Part shown: in pieces, positions 24,443 to 37,869 of the stretch
How positions within the stretch are numbered: the first letter of the stretch is position 1
How the letters are laid out: each line of letters opens with the position of its first letter
Assembly: GCA_014905635.1 (NCBI GenBank)
Contig: JABVCE010000003.1
Coordinates: 620,001 to 684,000, forward strand
DNA length: 64,000 nt
Origin: Scenedesmus sp. PABB004
Taxonomy: Eukaryota
Direction: 5' to 3'
Notes under the pieces: model-generated
Seen by the model: only the letters and a program-made list of their open reading frames with translations
The model's database searches: none
What the model was told of the DNA's origin: nothing
Made by a program: the position numbers and the translations under genes

Positions 24443-25500
24443 CTAGAGCAGCGCCGCCAGGCCGTCGTCCAGGAGGTCCACAAAGCCGCCGGGCGCCGCG
24501 CCGTCTGCACCGAGCAGCGGGCCGCACGCCACCTGCTGCGCGGCGGCCCCTCCGGTCATGGGGCGGCCGCCGCCCAGCGCACCCAGCGGGGTGCCGCCCC
24601 CCAGCAGCTGGCAGTGGCCAAGGCCGAGCGGCAGCAGCCCCGGCGCCAGCGCGCCGGGCGTGGCGGGCAGCGGCAGGCCGGTGGCGTCCTTGCCCAGCAG
24701 CAGCTCGTGCTGCTGCGCCCGCAGCGCGGCCATCGCCGTGCACGACTGGGGCGAGAACGTGGCGCACGCATGCTGCAGCAGCCACGGAGGGATGGTCGCG
24801 ACCTCGGCCGGCGGCGCGTCGCCGCTGGGCGGCCCGCCGCCGTCGGCGCCGGCGCGGCGCCGCTTGCCGTGCTGGCGGGCGGGGCCGGCCCGCGGGGGCG
24901 CGCCCCGGCCGCCCGCGGCGGCGGGCAGCGGCCCGGCCGGCCGCGGAGGGCCCCGAGCGCCGAGCAGGGCGTGGCGCCGCCGGCGAGCTCCGCCCCGGGC
25001 GGCGGCACGGCGACCAGCAGCTCGCTGCGGCGCTTGGCGCCGCGCCGCGCCGCCACCGGGCTGCCGCCGGGGCTGGGCGCCGGCCCGGGCTCGCCGGGGC
25101 TCGCCGCGGCGCGCGCCGCGCGCGCGGCGCCCTCCGGGCTGGAGCTCGCCTGGCGCCTCGACACGCACGACGTGCTGGGCTGGCGCTGCAGCGCCCACGC
25201 GCCCGGCGGCGGCGGAGGCAGGCCGTCGGCTGGGTCCAGCAGGTCGTCGCTGGGGAAGTGGGCCTCCAGAAAGTCATCGACCGTCGCAAAGCACCCGCCG
25301 TCGCAGGCGCTGCTGCCCCCGCTCGGCGGCGCGGCCGCGGCGGCGGCGGCGCCGCCGCCCGAGCAGCCACCGCGCCCGCCCGGCGGCGGCGCTGTGCGCA
25401 GCGCAAAGTCGGCGAGCTGGGCGTGCTGGCGCTCCAGGCGGCGCTCGATGGCCTTCAGCACGTCCACAATCGCCGCGGGCACGGCGGTCGCGGCGTCCAT
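24443..25500 (-). CDS. Hypothetical protein; needs a frameshift or intron near ~24950
   Basis: Protein-like N-terminus MDAATAVPAAIVDVLKAIERRLERQHAQLADFAL and C-terminus IPPWLLQHACATFSPQSC...FVDLLDDGLAALL lie in different frames. Confidence 0.45.
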
Positions 25501-26172
25501 CTGAGCAACGTCGGCGCTCGGTCGCCTGCCAGCGCGCTCCCGGCGGCACGCGCCAGCCCTCTGGGGTTGCGGCGCGGGGCGGCGGCGGCGGCGGCCGGTG
25601 AGGCTGCGGCAGGGCCTGGCGGCGAGCGCGGGGGCTGGTGCCAGCGCTGGGCTTCAGCCACACGCGCACGAGTGGGCTCGGGCGCAGCGCTGCGGCCGCG
25701 CCCCGCTGCGGAGGGATGCGCCCGCCCACCCCCACGCGATGAGGCGCGCCGCTGTCGCTCGGCCGGCGCACGAGTTTCGCAGCGCGCTTGCGAGCTCACC
25801 TGACGCTTGGGGCGCAGAATAGACCGAGCGGCACCTGCGGGGAAGTCGCGCACGTTGCCCCCCCGGCGCGATCAGCGCTGCAGGGCCGGGGCAGCGCGCG
25901 GCGTCCCTCACACTGACTGATCCGCGCACACACTGACTGGGCGCGCACTTGCGGGGCGCGGGGTGCGGTGTCACTGCCAGGCCGGCGCTTCTGCGCTGAA
26001 GCGCCGCCGTCCCACACCGCCCCGTCCCGCCGCCGCCGCAGTTTTCAAGCAAGCCCCCTGCCGATTGGTTTGTTCGATCCGGAGGCCCCCTCCGCGCTGC
26101 GTCAGCGCGCGAGCCAAAACTGACCCCGCGCTATGGTCTGTACACGTCGCCCGCCCCCGGCGGCGGGCGCCG

Positions 26173-26198
26173 TCACTTGCCGCCGCCGCCCTTCTTTT

Positions 26199-26234
<36 letters not shown>

Positions 26235-27732
26235 TCTGCCGCCGGGCGCCCGCGCTGGCCGCCGCCTCCGCACGCGAGGTGGCCACGACGTCGAGCTGCC
26301 GCTGCAGCATGGCTGCCTTTTCGCAGGGCTTGAGCTTGGCCGCGGCGGCCTTGATGCGCTGAAGGTTCATCGGCATCATCATGCTCACGCTGTTGTACAC
26401 CGGCACAGGCACGCCGCCCTGCGCGGGCACCACACGCGCGCGCGTGCGCGCTCGGCGCCAGTGCAGCGCGCCGCGCGCCGCGCGCCGCGCGCCGCGCCGC
26501 GCCGCCCACCTTGGGGTCCACCTGCAGCACCATCGTGACCTGGCACTTGTCGGGCCCGAGGCAGCGCCGCTCCTCGTCGGCCCAGGGGCTGACCACGTAG
26601 CCGCTCACGCCCATGTGCGCGCGCACGGTGCGCGGCTTGGTCACGCCCCCGTCGGCGGGGTGGGGGTCGCTCGGCGTGTAGGCCGCCAGCGCGCGCGTGC
26701 CGTCGGGAAAGTGCACCGAGATGCCGCGGCACAGGAACTGGCGGTCGTTGAACAGCCACGACATGCCTGCGCGGCGGCACCAGCGCGCGGCGCGCAGCAC
26801 GGCGGTCGGCGTCGGCGGCGCGGCCCGCGGCGCGGTGCGGCGCGGCGGCCGGCGGCACGGCATGCGGCGCGGCGCGGCGGCCGGCGGCGCGGGGCGGCGG
26901 GGGCGGCGCACCCGGCACGCCGTATGTGTTGATGAAGGTCCCGATGCGCAGCAGGGGGTAGGCCTTGGGCGCGCTGTCGAGCACCTCGAGGCTCTGCAGC
27001 ATGTGGTCCCACTTCTGCATGTGCTCAAACTCGGTCACCAGGTCGTACGCGACCTGCGGCGGGCGCAGGAGCCGCGCGGCGGTCGGCCGAGGCCGGCGCG
27101 GCGGGCCGCTGCTGCCAGCGCCGCCGGCTCGCCGAGGGCCGGCGGCCCGCCGGCCGCGCCGCGCCCCGGCGGCGGCGCGCCGCGGGTGCCAGCGCCGCCG
27201 GCGGCCGCGCGCCGCGCCGCTGCGCCGCGCTGCCGCCGCAGCGCGGCGCGTGCAGCTCGGCAAGCTGCCTGGAACGCACCCCCGCGCGCCGCCGCCGGGC
27301 GGCGGGGCCCGGCTGCAGCTCGCCGCGGCCGCGAGCGGCGGCGCTGGCTGCGCGCACCTCGGTGCTGAGCGGGATCTCCGCCACGCCGCGCATCTTGAAC
27401 GTCCGCTCCGGCGGCACGGGGTCCTGGCGGCTGATCTGGATGCCGCAGCAGCCCGTGCACTTGACCCAGTCGACGAGCTCGTGCCCGCCAATCTCGTGGG
27501 GCTGGATGAGGCCGTGGAACGACGGCGCCTGCGCCAGCACCCACAGCAGCGAGTGCTTCTCCTCCTGGGTGAGCTGCGGGTGGTTGTTGATGCTGCCGGC
27601 GTAGTCGAACGCGGCCTTGGCGCCGCGCGCGCCCGCGCCATCCACGCCCGCGTGCGCCGCGCCGGCCGCCAGCGCCTTGGCGGGCAGCTCCGAGCGCGGC
27701 CCCATCGTGATGACCGCCGACACGCGCGCCAT
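26173..27732 (-). CDS. START/SRPBCC lipid-binding domain protein
   Basis: Spliced: FKMRGVAEIPLSTE|VAYDLVTEFEHMQKWDHML...|WLFNDRQFLCR...VRAHMGVSGYVVSP...CQVTMVLQVDPK|GGVPVPVYN, matching START motifs (WD, xRxF, DPKGxxP). Confidence 0.85.
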
Positions 27733-28148
27733 GGCGGCCGGGCGGCGCGGCGCGGCGGGGGAGTGCAGTTGCGACCGCGGCGGGACCTCACGCGCTGCTG
27801 CGGGCCGCGCGCATCGGCTGGCTCGGCGCGACAGCGCGGCGAGAGTGGGAGCTAGGCCACGGACCGTGCCGCGGGCTGCGCGGGCGGCAGGCGGAGCCGG
27901 GGGCGGGCAGCTCGAGCGCCTTTGTGACAGCCGCGACTCGCGGGCTGGCTGGCTCGTGGCGCTCGGCCTCCAGCTGCCCAGCTCAGGCGTCAGCTCAGCG
28001 GCTGGCGCCACGCTGACCGGGCGCCTCACGAGCCCGCCTGGGGAGGCAGGACCTGCTGCCGCGCGCCGCCGCCCGCGCCACCGGCCCCAGGCCGCCCAGG
28101 CCGTCCCTCACACGCGCCCAGCGTGCTTCGCCGCGCCTAGTCGCAGCC

Positions 28149-28680
28149 ATGGAGACAGCCATGGAGGCCGGCGCGGCGGCGGCAGCAGCGGCGCCGGGCG
28201 ACGACGGCGACGACGAGAAGGCGGAGCTCGCCGCCGAGGAGGAGGACGACCCGCCCGTGGCGCGGGGAATGGAGGAGTACACCAACACCGTGCAGGCGAG
28301 CGCGCGCGGCGGCTGCGGCTGCGACGCCGCGCTCGGCGGCGACGCTCGCTGCTGCTGCCTGGCGCCGCAGGTGCGCACGCAGCACCGCGACAACCTGGCG
28401 GCCCTCATGCGCCAGGCCATGCTTAGCGACGACTACCTGACCGCCGCGGGCGCCCTGGCAGCGCTTCTGTGCGCGCTGGTGCGGCGCCGCCCGGCGCGGC
28501 CGCAGCCGCTGGCAGCGGCGGCACGGCCCCGCCGAGCGCCCGCCCGCCCCGCTCGCAGCCGGAAGGCCTGCACGCCACCAACACCACCAGCGCATCGGGG
28601 CCGGCGATGCACACGTTTGTGGAGGCGGCCTGGGCGGCGCTGGAGCTGCTGCGCGCCCACGGCGTGCCGCACGAGCAGGT

Positions 28681-28712
<32 letters not shown>

Positions 28713-30320
28713 CGCCGCCGCTGCTGTTCCGCCTGGGCAGCCTGCCAAACGCGGCGCCGCCCCCCAGATCAAGCGCACGATTCGCAAGCTGGGCGTGGTC
28801 CTGCGCCACGAGACGAGCATGCGCCAGGCGGCGCAGCTGGAGCTGGTGGTGGCATACTGGGACCGTGCGAGGCCCGAGGAGCTGCGGCAGGCGCAGGACC
28901 TGGTGCAGCTGGAGCTCACCCGCGCCGTCGGGCGCGGGCCCACGCCGCCCTTCACCTTCCACATGGCCTGCCTGGGCGCGTACATGAAGCACGGCGCCTG
29001 GTGCGCCCCGCGCCGCGCGGCGGCGAGCGCCAGCGCGCCGCTGCGAGCACGCAGCGCGCCGGCGCGCGCCTGGCGAGCAGGCCGGGAGGCGCACTCACGC
29101 CGTGCCCGTGCCCCGCGCGCACCCGGCGCAGGCTGGACGAGGTGGCTGGCACCAACGCGCACGCGCGCCTCCTGGCGGCCGGCGCCGGCGACGCGTCCAG
29201 CCGGCAGCACCAGGCGCGCATGGCGCTGCTGGGGCCGCTGCAGCTGCCCCTGCAGGCGCGGCGCGACGCGGGCGGGCCTGCAGCCGGCGCGTCGGCGGCC
29301 GGCGGTGGCGGCGGCGGCGGCGGCGGCGAGGGCGCTGCCGCACTCGAGGATGCCATCAAGGGCCTGCAGGTGGGACTTGCCCGGCCCGGAGCGGCAGCTG
29401 CTACGGGGCGGGCCACCTGCGCGCGCGCCCAGCGCGCGCGCCGCTGGCCGGGGCCGACGACCGCCCGCGCGCCGCGCCCCGCAGAGGGCGCTGGGCATCT
29501 TTCCTGCCGCGGCACTGCCGGGGCTGCTGCTCGCGCACTCGCTGGTGGTCGCGGGCCGGCCGGCCGAGGCGCTGGCAGTCGCGCGCGGCGCGGTCGCCGC
29601 GTCGGGCCGGGCGCCCGAGGCGCTCAGCCTGCTGGCGCTGCTCCTGGAGCCGGCGGCAGTCGCCGCCGCAGCCGGGGGCCCGCTGCGGCCGGGCCAGCGG
29701 CGCCGGACGCGGCGACACCAGCAGCGGCTGCTGCCAGCGGCGCGTCAGCGGCGGACGCCCCGCCGCACGAGTTCGCCGGCCTCTGCCTGCAGGTGCTGAC
29801 AGCAGACCCCTGGGCGCTCGGCGCGGTCCGAGGTGCGCTGCCCCTGGCTGGGAGCGGCGCGCCGACGGCGGCGCGGCGCCCCCGCTCGCTCCGCTGTGCC
29901 AGCCGCCCCTGCCCGCCGCGCCGCAGGGCTGCTGCGTGTGTGCAGCCACTGCCCCTCCTGCGCCGCCCTGGCGGTGCGGGGGCTGCTGCTCCACCTGGAC
30001 GCCACCGCGCTGGCGCCGGGCGGCCCCTGGGAGCTGGGCCTGCAGTGGTCGTCGCTGGCGGTGCTGCTGGTGCAGCTCGCGGCAGCCGCAGCGGCGGCGG
30101 CGGCGGCGGCAAGCGACGCGGCAGGCGGCGAAGTCGCTGCGCCGGATGTCAGTGGTGGCGGCGAGCAGCCGCAGCCACTGCAGCTGTGGCGAGGGCTGCA
30201 GGAGTGCTTCCGGGAGCGCCAGGCGTGGTGGCCGCAGGCGGGCGTCGCCAGCCCTGCGGAGGTGCAGCAGTTGTGGGCTCACGCGGCGTGGCGGCAGCAG
30301 CAGCAGCAGCAGGAGCAGGT

Positions 30321-30370
<50 letters not shown>

Positions 30371-30853
30371 TGCCGCCGCGGAAGGGCCGACGGTCGGACG
30401 GCCCCTGCTGGGGCGCGACAGAGCTGCAGCTAGCCTGCAAGGCTGTGGCGCTCGTGCTCCTGCTGGGCCCGGGCAACAGCTTCAGCCAGGCGGCGGCGTC
30501 AGCGCTCGCGGCAGCTGCGGGCGCCAGCTGCGAGCAGCAGGAGCGCGACCGCGGCCCGGGCGACGCCGGGCTCGCCGCCGCCGGGTGAGGCGCGCTGGCG
30601 GCGCAGCTTGACAGAGGCGGCCCGCGCCTCTTGCTGACCCGCGCCCGCCCTGCTGCCCGCAGCGCCGCGCTCACGGACGCGCTCGAGCTGGCGCGCGTGC
30701 TGGGGCCGCTCGTGGGGCCGGGGCCAGCGCCGGCGACGGGCAAGCGCCTGCTCGGCGCGCCCAGCCCCGAGCGCGGCGTGCTGCTGGACCTGCCGCCGTC
30801 GTGGTGGGCCGCGTTCCCTCACGCGCGGCGCGCGCGGCGCGAGGCGGCGGCCC

Positions 30854-30899
<46 letters not shown>

Positions 30900-30915
30900 C
30901 CCGATGCAGGAGTAG
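28149..30915 (+). CDS. TAF1A/Rrn11-like RNA polymerase I initiation factor subunit (helical repeat)
   Basis: QHRDNLAALMRQAMLSDDYLTAAGALAALL near the N-terminus; RQAWWP...LACKAVALVLLLGPG near the C-terminus, resembling TAF1A WWP...LACxKAxVAxLLLG; several introns. Confidence 0.55.
30295..30369 (+). repeat. (CAG)n tract encoding poly-Gln
   Basis: Long cag run inside a coding exon. Confidence 0.9.
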
Positions 30916-31206
30916 GCGGGCGACTGAACAAGCGCGTTGCAAACGAACGGTCCAGGGTTCCGCCGTGGCGCTCCGCTGCGACGCGCGCATCAACGCCATT
31001 GCCCCTGCTACCACACACAGCACGCTCGGCCGTCAGGCGCAGCGCGCCGCTGGGCCGCGCGCGTGCCCGCTGCCGCGCTGCCGCCGCTCGAGCCGGCGAC
31101 GCCCCCACGACTCCTGCCGCGGCCAGGCCCGTCCGGCACACTCGGAAAAGCATCACCGGGGCCTGCGCGGCCGCGCTCGCGCGCCCTGCAGGCCGCAGGG
31201 GCAACC

Positions 31207-34200
31207 ATGTGGCGGCGCTCGACGTTCGAGTCGCTCGGGCCGCTCAAGGAGGTGCGCGCCGGGGCAGGCCGGGCGTGATCCATGCGACCGGAGATCCGCT
31301 GGCACGACCGCCGGCGGGGAGCGAGCAGTGCTGCGCCGCCGACGCGGTGGCGGCCGTTGGCGCGCGGCCGCGCCCAGTTGCTGATGCTGCTCACTGCGCG
31401 GCGCCGCACCGCCCGTGATCCCAGGAGATACAGCAGCAGGGCGCTGCCAGCCTGGGCACGCTGCAGCTGGCCCTGACGGCGCTGGCGGGCGCCGCCGCAG
31501 CCGCCACGGCCGCGCCGGAGGTGCGGCCGCGCTGGCGCCGATGCGGCGGACTGCGCGCGGCCGCGCCCGCTGCCCGCGCCGCCCCGGCCCAACGATGCCG
31601 CCGCCCGCCGCGCCGCGCAGGTCGTTGACGGGCTCGTGCTGGTCGGCCAGCAGCTGCAGCGGCATCGGCAGCGCAGCGGGGGCGGCGAGTGCGGCGCCGG
31701 CGGCCTGGCGCTGCTGCAGGCGTCCAGCACGTTCTGCGAGGTCGTCAGGGCGGCCGTGCTGGCTGCAGCGGCAGCACAGCAGCAGCAGGCGCAGCAGCAG
31801 CAGGCGCAGGCGCAGCGCGAGCAGGCCCGGCGGCCGCCCAAGCGGTCGCCGCACGTGCAGCCGGTGCAGCCGGCGCCGCCCCTGCTGCCGCCCGCGGCGG
31901 GCACATCCGTCTGCAGCTGGCTGAGGCAGTGGGCGGACCAGCCGGGGCCGGCGCACGGCTGCGCCGTCGGCTGTGGCGTCGGGGGCAGCAGTGGCGGCGG
32001 CGACGGCGACGGCGGCCCCGAACCGGCGCTCGCGGCTGCCCAGCAGCAGCTGCTGGCGTCGGCGGTGGCGGCGTTGAGCGCGCTCCTGCCTTCGCAGCTG
32101 CCAGCGCTGCCGACGCACGAACGGGCCGCGCTGCTCGCGCTGCTGTGCTCGCTGGCGCAGCCGCCGCGGTGCGCCGCCGGCGACGACGGCGACGCCGGCG
32201 GCCACCCGGCCGCGCAGGACCTGGGGGTGCAGTGCACGGCGGTGCAGACCCTGGGCCAGCTGTGCGCCGCGGGGGGCGGCGCTGGGCTCGCCCCGGACGA
32301 GCTCGCTGGCATCACGAGGGCGCTGGTCGATGCGCTCACCAGCAGCTGCGGCGGCGGCGGCGGCGGCGGCGGGCACAAGCCCGTGGAGGACGCGCCGCAC
32401 GCGCGCTACTACGCGGCGCTGCTGGCGGCGCTGGGCCACGCGGCCGCGGCCGACAAGCAGGGCTGGCAGGGCTACGCCGGCGCGCTCACGGAGGCCGCGA
32501 GGAAGCTGCTGGTGTTTGGCACGCAGCAGCCGCCGCAGCAGCCGCCTGTGCAGCAGGAGCAGGAGCAGCAGGAGCAGGAGCAGCAGCAGCAGCAGCCGTC
32601 GCAGCAGGCAGGGAGCGACCCCGGCGGCACCGCGCCAGCGTGCGCCGCCGCCAACGGGCGCGCCCCTGCAGCGGCCGGCCCTGCTGACGGCACAAAGGTT
32701 CGGTACGTTCCGCCCCACCTGCGCGCGGCCGGCGAGGTGTGCGACGGCGGCGCAGCAGCTCAGCCGGGTCGCAAGCAGCCGCAGCAGGAGTTGTCGGACG
32801 AGTCGGAGTGGAGCGACGCGAGCGACGGCGAGGCGCCGGCGGGGCTGAGGCTCAGCAGCAGCGGCGGCGGCCTGGCGGCGCGCGGCCGCCGCGCGGCGGG
32901 GCGGCGCAGCCAGCACGCGCTGGGCGGAGAGGCGCAGGCGCTCCCCGGCGACGCGATCAAGGCGCACCGCGTGCGGGTGGCGCTGCTGGCGCTGCTGCAG
33001 GGCCTCGCGTGCGCCGACCCGCGCGCCCTGCACCCCTACCTGCCCGCGCTGCTGCCGAGCCAGCAGCCGCTCGCGCGGCGGCCGCTGTCGCCGCACCTGC
33101 TTACCGTGCTGCTGCACGACCCCTGCGACAAGGTGGGCACTGGCGGCGCAGGGCGCGCGCGCCGCGCGCGGCGCAAGCCTGCGCGCCGGATCGCCAACGC
33201 TGCCGCGCGCGGCCCCGCAGGCGCGGCTGCTGGCAGCCGCCGTGCTCGCGGCGCTGCTGGAGGGGCCCGCGGCGCGCGCGCTGCTGGCGGTCGCCGAGGC
33301 GCGCAGCGCGCGCGCCCAGATCAGGTGCGGCGCGGCGGCGCGGCGGCGCTCCGGTGCGGCGCCAGCCGCAGGCCGCGCACGCCGCCCGCTGCTGCCGGCG
33401 CCGCCGCGCAGGGGCTTCACCACGCTGTCGACCTCGTTGGGCCACACGCTGCTGGCGCTGCACACGGGCCTGCTGGCGGCGCTCGACACGCGCTGCGCGC
33501 CCCAGCAGCCCGCCGGCGCGGAGCAGCAGGCGCGGTTGGAGGTGCCGACGCCCGTGCTGGGCGCAGTGCTGCGCGTGCTGCGCGTCCTCGTGCCGGCCAC
33601 GCCCTACGACCGCCTGCCGCCCGGCCTGCTGCCAGACGTCGTGGCGGCCGCGTGGCGCCTGTGGCAGCAGCTGCAGCGCGAGGCGGCCACGGCAGCGGTG
33701 GGCGACGGCGAGCCTGGCGCGCCGCTGCGCGACGAGCTCAGCGCCGGCGCCGCGGCGACGGCCGCGGTGGCGGTGCTGGCGCAGGCGCTGTCCACCAAGA
33801 GAGCCCACGCCTCGCTCGCGTCGTGGCTGGCTGCCGACACCGCGGCGGCCGGCGCGGCGACGCCGCAGCCTGACGGCGCCGAGGACCGCGCGCCGGCAGA
33901 GCCGCAGCGCGCCGCGCCGCCGCCGGTGCCCGCGCTGCAGCTGGGGCAGCTGGCGGGTGCGCGCGCCGGCAGCGCGCCGGCCGGCGGCGGCGGCCTCGTG
34001 GCCTGCCTGCTGTCGACGTGCCTGTCGCCGCGGCCGCTGCTGCGCATCGAGGCGCTCGCGGCGCTGCGCGGCTGCTGCCTGAACTACCCTGCGGCCCTGC
34101 CGGCCGACGCGCCGGCCGGCGCGCCCGGCGGCCCGCGCAGCGCGGCGGCCTGGGCGGAGGTGCTCGCGGCGGCGCGGCACAGCATCGCGGCCACTCAGGG

Positions 34201-36044
34201 CGTGGCGCGCACCCCGCGCGGCAGCCCCGTGGCCGACGACGGCGGCGCGGCGCCGCCAGGCGGCGAGGGCGCGGCGGAGGCGTCGGCGAGCACCAACCCC
34301 GAGGACAAGGCCGCGCAGCACGCGGTGAAGCTCGTCGGCGACTGGCTGGCGGCGCAGCGCGTGCTGCTCAGCGCCGCGGGCGGCGCCGGCGCGCCGGCGC
34401 CGGCGCCCGGCGGCGACGCGGCGCGGCGACTGGAGCGCCTGGCGGCGCAGTGGCGGCAGGCGCTGGAGCTGCTGCTGGGCGATGCGCTGGGCAGCCACCC
34501 GTCGTACATGATTCGCTCCGCGGCGGTGGGCGTGACGGGCGAGGTGCCCGCGAGCGTGTGGGCGCGGCTGGCGCCGGAGCTGCAGCAGCGCCTGCTGGGC
34601 GCCGCGGCGGCCGCGGCAGCCGGCGACGCCGTGACCGCCGCGCGCGCTGCCGCGTGCAAGGTGCTGGGCGGCCTGGTGCAGCTGCCCGGCGTGCTGGAGC
34701 TGCCGCAGGCGGAGCTCGCGCAGCTCGTGCTCGCGCCCCTGGCCGCGGGCGTCGCCGACTCGGCGGTGTCGGTGCGCCTGGCCGCCGCGTGGGCGGTCGC
34801 CAATGCCTGCGACGCGCTGCGGCCGGCGGGCGGCAGCGACGCGGGCGGCGGCGCCGCGCCCGCCGCCGCGCCGGCGGGCCTGGGCCCGGGCGCGCTGCAG
34901 CCGCTGTGCGACTGCGCGCTCGCTGCCGCGGGCGACGGCGAGAAGGTCCGGGCGCACGGCATCCGCGCCGTCGGCGCGCTGCTTGCGGCCTGGCAGCCGG
35001 GCTGGGGCCTCGCCGGCGGCGGTGCAGACGCCGGCGGCGCGTGGGCGTGGGTGCCCGGCTGGCTGCGCGGCGCGACGGGCGTGCTGCAGGCCTGCCTCGC
35101 TGCGCGGAGCATGAAGGCCGTGTGGAACGCGGCCGTGGCGGCGGGCGGGCTGCTGCACAACGCAGCGCTCCTGGCGCAGCCCGAGGCGCGCGGCGCGCCC
35201 GCGCTGCGCCGCGCCGCGCCGCGCCGCGCCGCGCCGCGCCGCCGTCTGAGCGCGCGCGCCGCCGTTTCCCTGAGTGCAGGTCTCCGCCGCCGTGCCGGGC
35301 CTGCTGCTGGTGCTCGTGGTGCTCGTGCGGGACAGCGCAAACTTCAAGATCAAGACCCACGCCGCCGCCGCGCTCGGCTGCGCCAGCGCCCGCGCCACGT
35401 ACGGCGAGGCATTTGCCGACGCGCTGCTCGCGCTCGCGGCCGCGCTGGAGGCGCTCGAGGCCGGCGGCGCGCCCGCCAGCGCCCCTGCCAGCGCCGCGCC
35501 GGCCGCGCCTGCCGGCGGCGCGGCCGGCGCCGATGCGGCCGACGACGGCGCGTCGGCTGCCGCCTGCGGCGAGGAGGGGGACGGCAACTTCCCAAACTTC
35601 CGGTCAGCGCCGCGCTGGGGTTTGGGGTTTCAGGGCGCGCCCGGCGGTGCGAGCCCCGCCCCGCCCGGGCGCTCACGTGCGTGCGCGCCCCACCCGCGAC
35701 GCAGGTACATCCCCGGGCTGGGCGCGCAGCTGCGGGCGAGCCTGCTGCACATGCTGGGCATGCTGCAGCCCTCGGACGCGGCGCGCCTGCGCGAGCCGCT
35801 GCGCCGGCGCAGGGCGCTGCTGGCGCGGGTGCTGGGCGGCTCGACGGGCTGCCAGGGCGGCGCCGCGGTCGAGCCTGCGGCGGCGCGCAGCCAGCCGGGG
35901 CTGCCGGCCGACCCGTTCAGCCAGCAGGGCGCGGCGCCGAGCGGCGGTCGGGCCGCGCCGCCGGCTGACCACGCCGCGCCGCCCGCGGTGTGCTCAGCAG
36001 CGGCATCTGGCCTGGCGACAGTGCTCGGTGCGGCGTGGGCGTGA
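31207..36044 (+). CDS. HEATR6: HEAT repeat-containing protein 6-like (DUF4042)
   Basis: SDESEWSDASDG, RVRVALLALLQ...LLTVLLHDPCDK|ARLLAAAVLAALLEG, GFTTLSTSLGHTLLALHTGLL, KVRAHGIRAVG, MKAVWNAA, SANFKIKTHAAAAL. Confidence 0.85.
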
Positions 36045-36426
36045 GAGGGCGCACCCGCCGCACGAGTAAATGCGCGCGCCGCGGCGGCCCCGCGCCGGCG
36101 GCCGCGAGCCAGCTGTCGGCGCGCCCGATCGCGGCGCCGCCGGCAGGGCCGGGCCCCAGCGACCCGGCCAGCCGCACGAGCGCACCCAGAGCGCACTGCC
36201 GCGCCTCCTAGGCGCGCCGGGAGCGCGCACCCGCCGCCGCGTCGCACGTCGCGTCGATGACGGGGCGCGCTTTTGGAGCTGCGCACGCGCCCTCAAAGAG
36301 GCCCACGCTCCTCGGCGCGCACCCACGTCTTCGCCCACGCCCGCCTCCGCACCCCCGACGCCCCAGATCGCCGCACCGCACCGCCCGGTCCCGCGCCGCC
36401 CCGCGCGCCGTCGCCGCGCCGCGATC

Positions 36427-37663
36427 ATGGCGCGCCGCGCGCCCTCCAGGCTGGCTCTGGCCGCGGCCGCGCTGGCTCTGCTGCTGGCCTGCGCGGCCGC
36501 GCAGGACGCCACCACCGGCGCCGCCGACCAGGGGCCGTCGGGCGCCACCGCGAGCACCTCGCCGACGTCCGCGGACAACACGACCGCCGCCGGCACCACC
36601 GCCGGCGGCGCCGGCAACGAGACCTCGGCCGGCGCCGCCACGGGCGGCGCCGGCGCCGGCGGCAACGCGACTGGCGCTGCCGGCGGCAACGCGACCGCGG
36701 GCAACGCGACCGCCCCCGCCGGCGGCGCCGCCGGCAACGCGACCGCCCCCGCGCCGCCCACCGCCGGCGGCGGCGCCGCGAACGCCAGCGCGGGCGGCGG
36801 CGGCGCTGCCAATGCCAGCGCGGTCGGCGGCGGCGCTGCCAATGCCAGCGCGGGCGGCGGCGGCGCCGCGAACGCCAGCGCGGGCAGCGCGAGCATCACC
36901 GTGGTGTTCAACAACAGCATCAGCCAGGTGCGGCGGCCCCGCGCGCCACCGCCGGGCCCCTGCGCGCCCGCGCGTCGCGCCTGGCCGGCGCCCGCGCCGC
37001 ACCGCCAGCGCTGAACGCTGCCCGCCCGCGCGCCGCAGCTTACCAACGGCCCCACCAACCAGACCATCACCGACGCGCTGGCAGCCAACGTCTTCAACGT
37101 GTCAGCCGGCCAGGCGCGGCAGCGCGCCCGCGAGCGCGCACATTTGCAGGACGCGCCGCCCGGCCGCGCCGCCATGCGCGCGCGCGCGCTCACGCTCACG
37201 CTCACGCGGCTGCCCGCCGCGCGCCGCGCCGCGCGCCGCGCGCAGGTCCAGCTCGCGGGCCCCTCCCCCAACGCGACCGGGGTGGGCCTCGGCGAGACCG
37301 CGCTGACCTACAACGTCACGGGCCGCGCGCTCAACGGCCGGCCGCTGCGCGAGAACTGCCAGGCCAACCTCGGTCAGCGCGTGCGCCGCGCGCGCCGCCG
37401 GCCGCGCGCGCCGCCGGCCGCGCCGCCGCGGGCCCGCGCTCACGCGCCCGCGCCCGCACAGGCGCGCTGCTTGCATCGCCCGGCTCGGCGGGGAGGCCGC
37501 GTCCGGCGGCGGCCGTGCGACGGAGGAGATGGGCCGGCCCAGGCGGCGCGGCGGCAGGGGCGGCGGCGAGGGCGGCGGCGAGGGCGGCGGCGAGGGCGGC
37601 GCCGCGCTGCCGAACTGGTGGGGCGGGCGCTCGATCAAGGTCGTCAGCGCCACCTGCGGGTGA
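36427..37663 (+). CDS. Secreted Gly/Ala/Thr-rich glycoprotein, copy 1 (apparent 1-nt frameshift at ~37490)
   Basis: Signal peptide MARRAPSRLALAAAALALLLACAAAQD; many N-x-T/S sequons; C-terminal NWWGGRSIKVVSATCG is homologous to copy 2 but out of frame after a G4 run. Confidence 0.7.
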
Positions 37664-37774
37664 GGCCTGCGCGTGCGGCCTGGGGGGCCAGGGTGCAGCC
37701 AGGACACTCACTGTAGTGCGGCGGCGCCGGGACTTGCGGCGGCCCGCGCACCGGGTGCGCGCGCGGCTGCGCGC

Positions 37775-37776
<2 letters not shown>

Positions 37777-37864
<88 letters not shown>
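37777..37864. repeat. (GT)n microsatellite
   Basis: Long perfect gt dinucleotide run between the tandem copies. Confidence 0.97.

Positions 37865-37869
<5 letters not shown>

Noticed and set aside
2647..35587. Many very long Arg/Ala/Pro-rich ORFs (e.g. 2647-5796, 10188-13115, 11041-14364, 31153-33600)
   Set aside because: Stop codons are scarce at this GC content. These are off-frame, antisense or intron read-through translations of real spliced genes.
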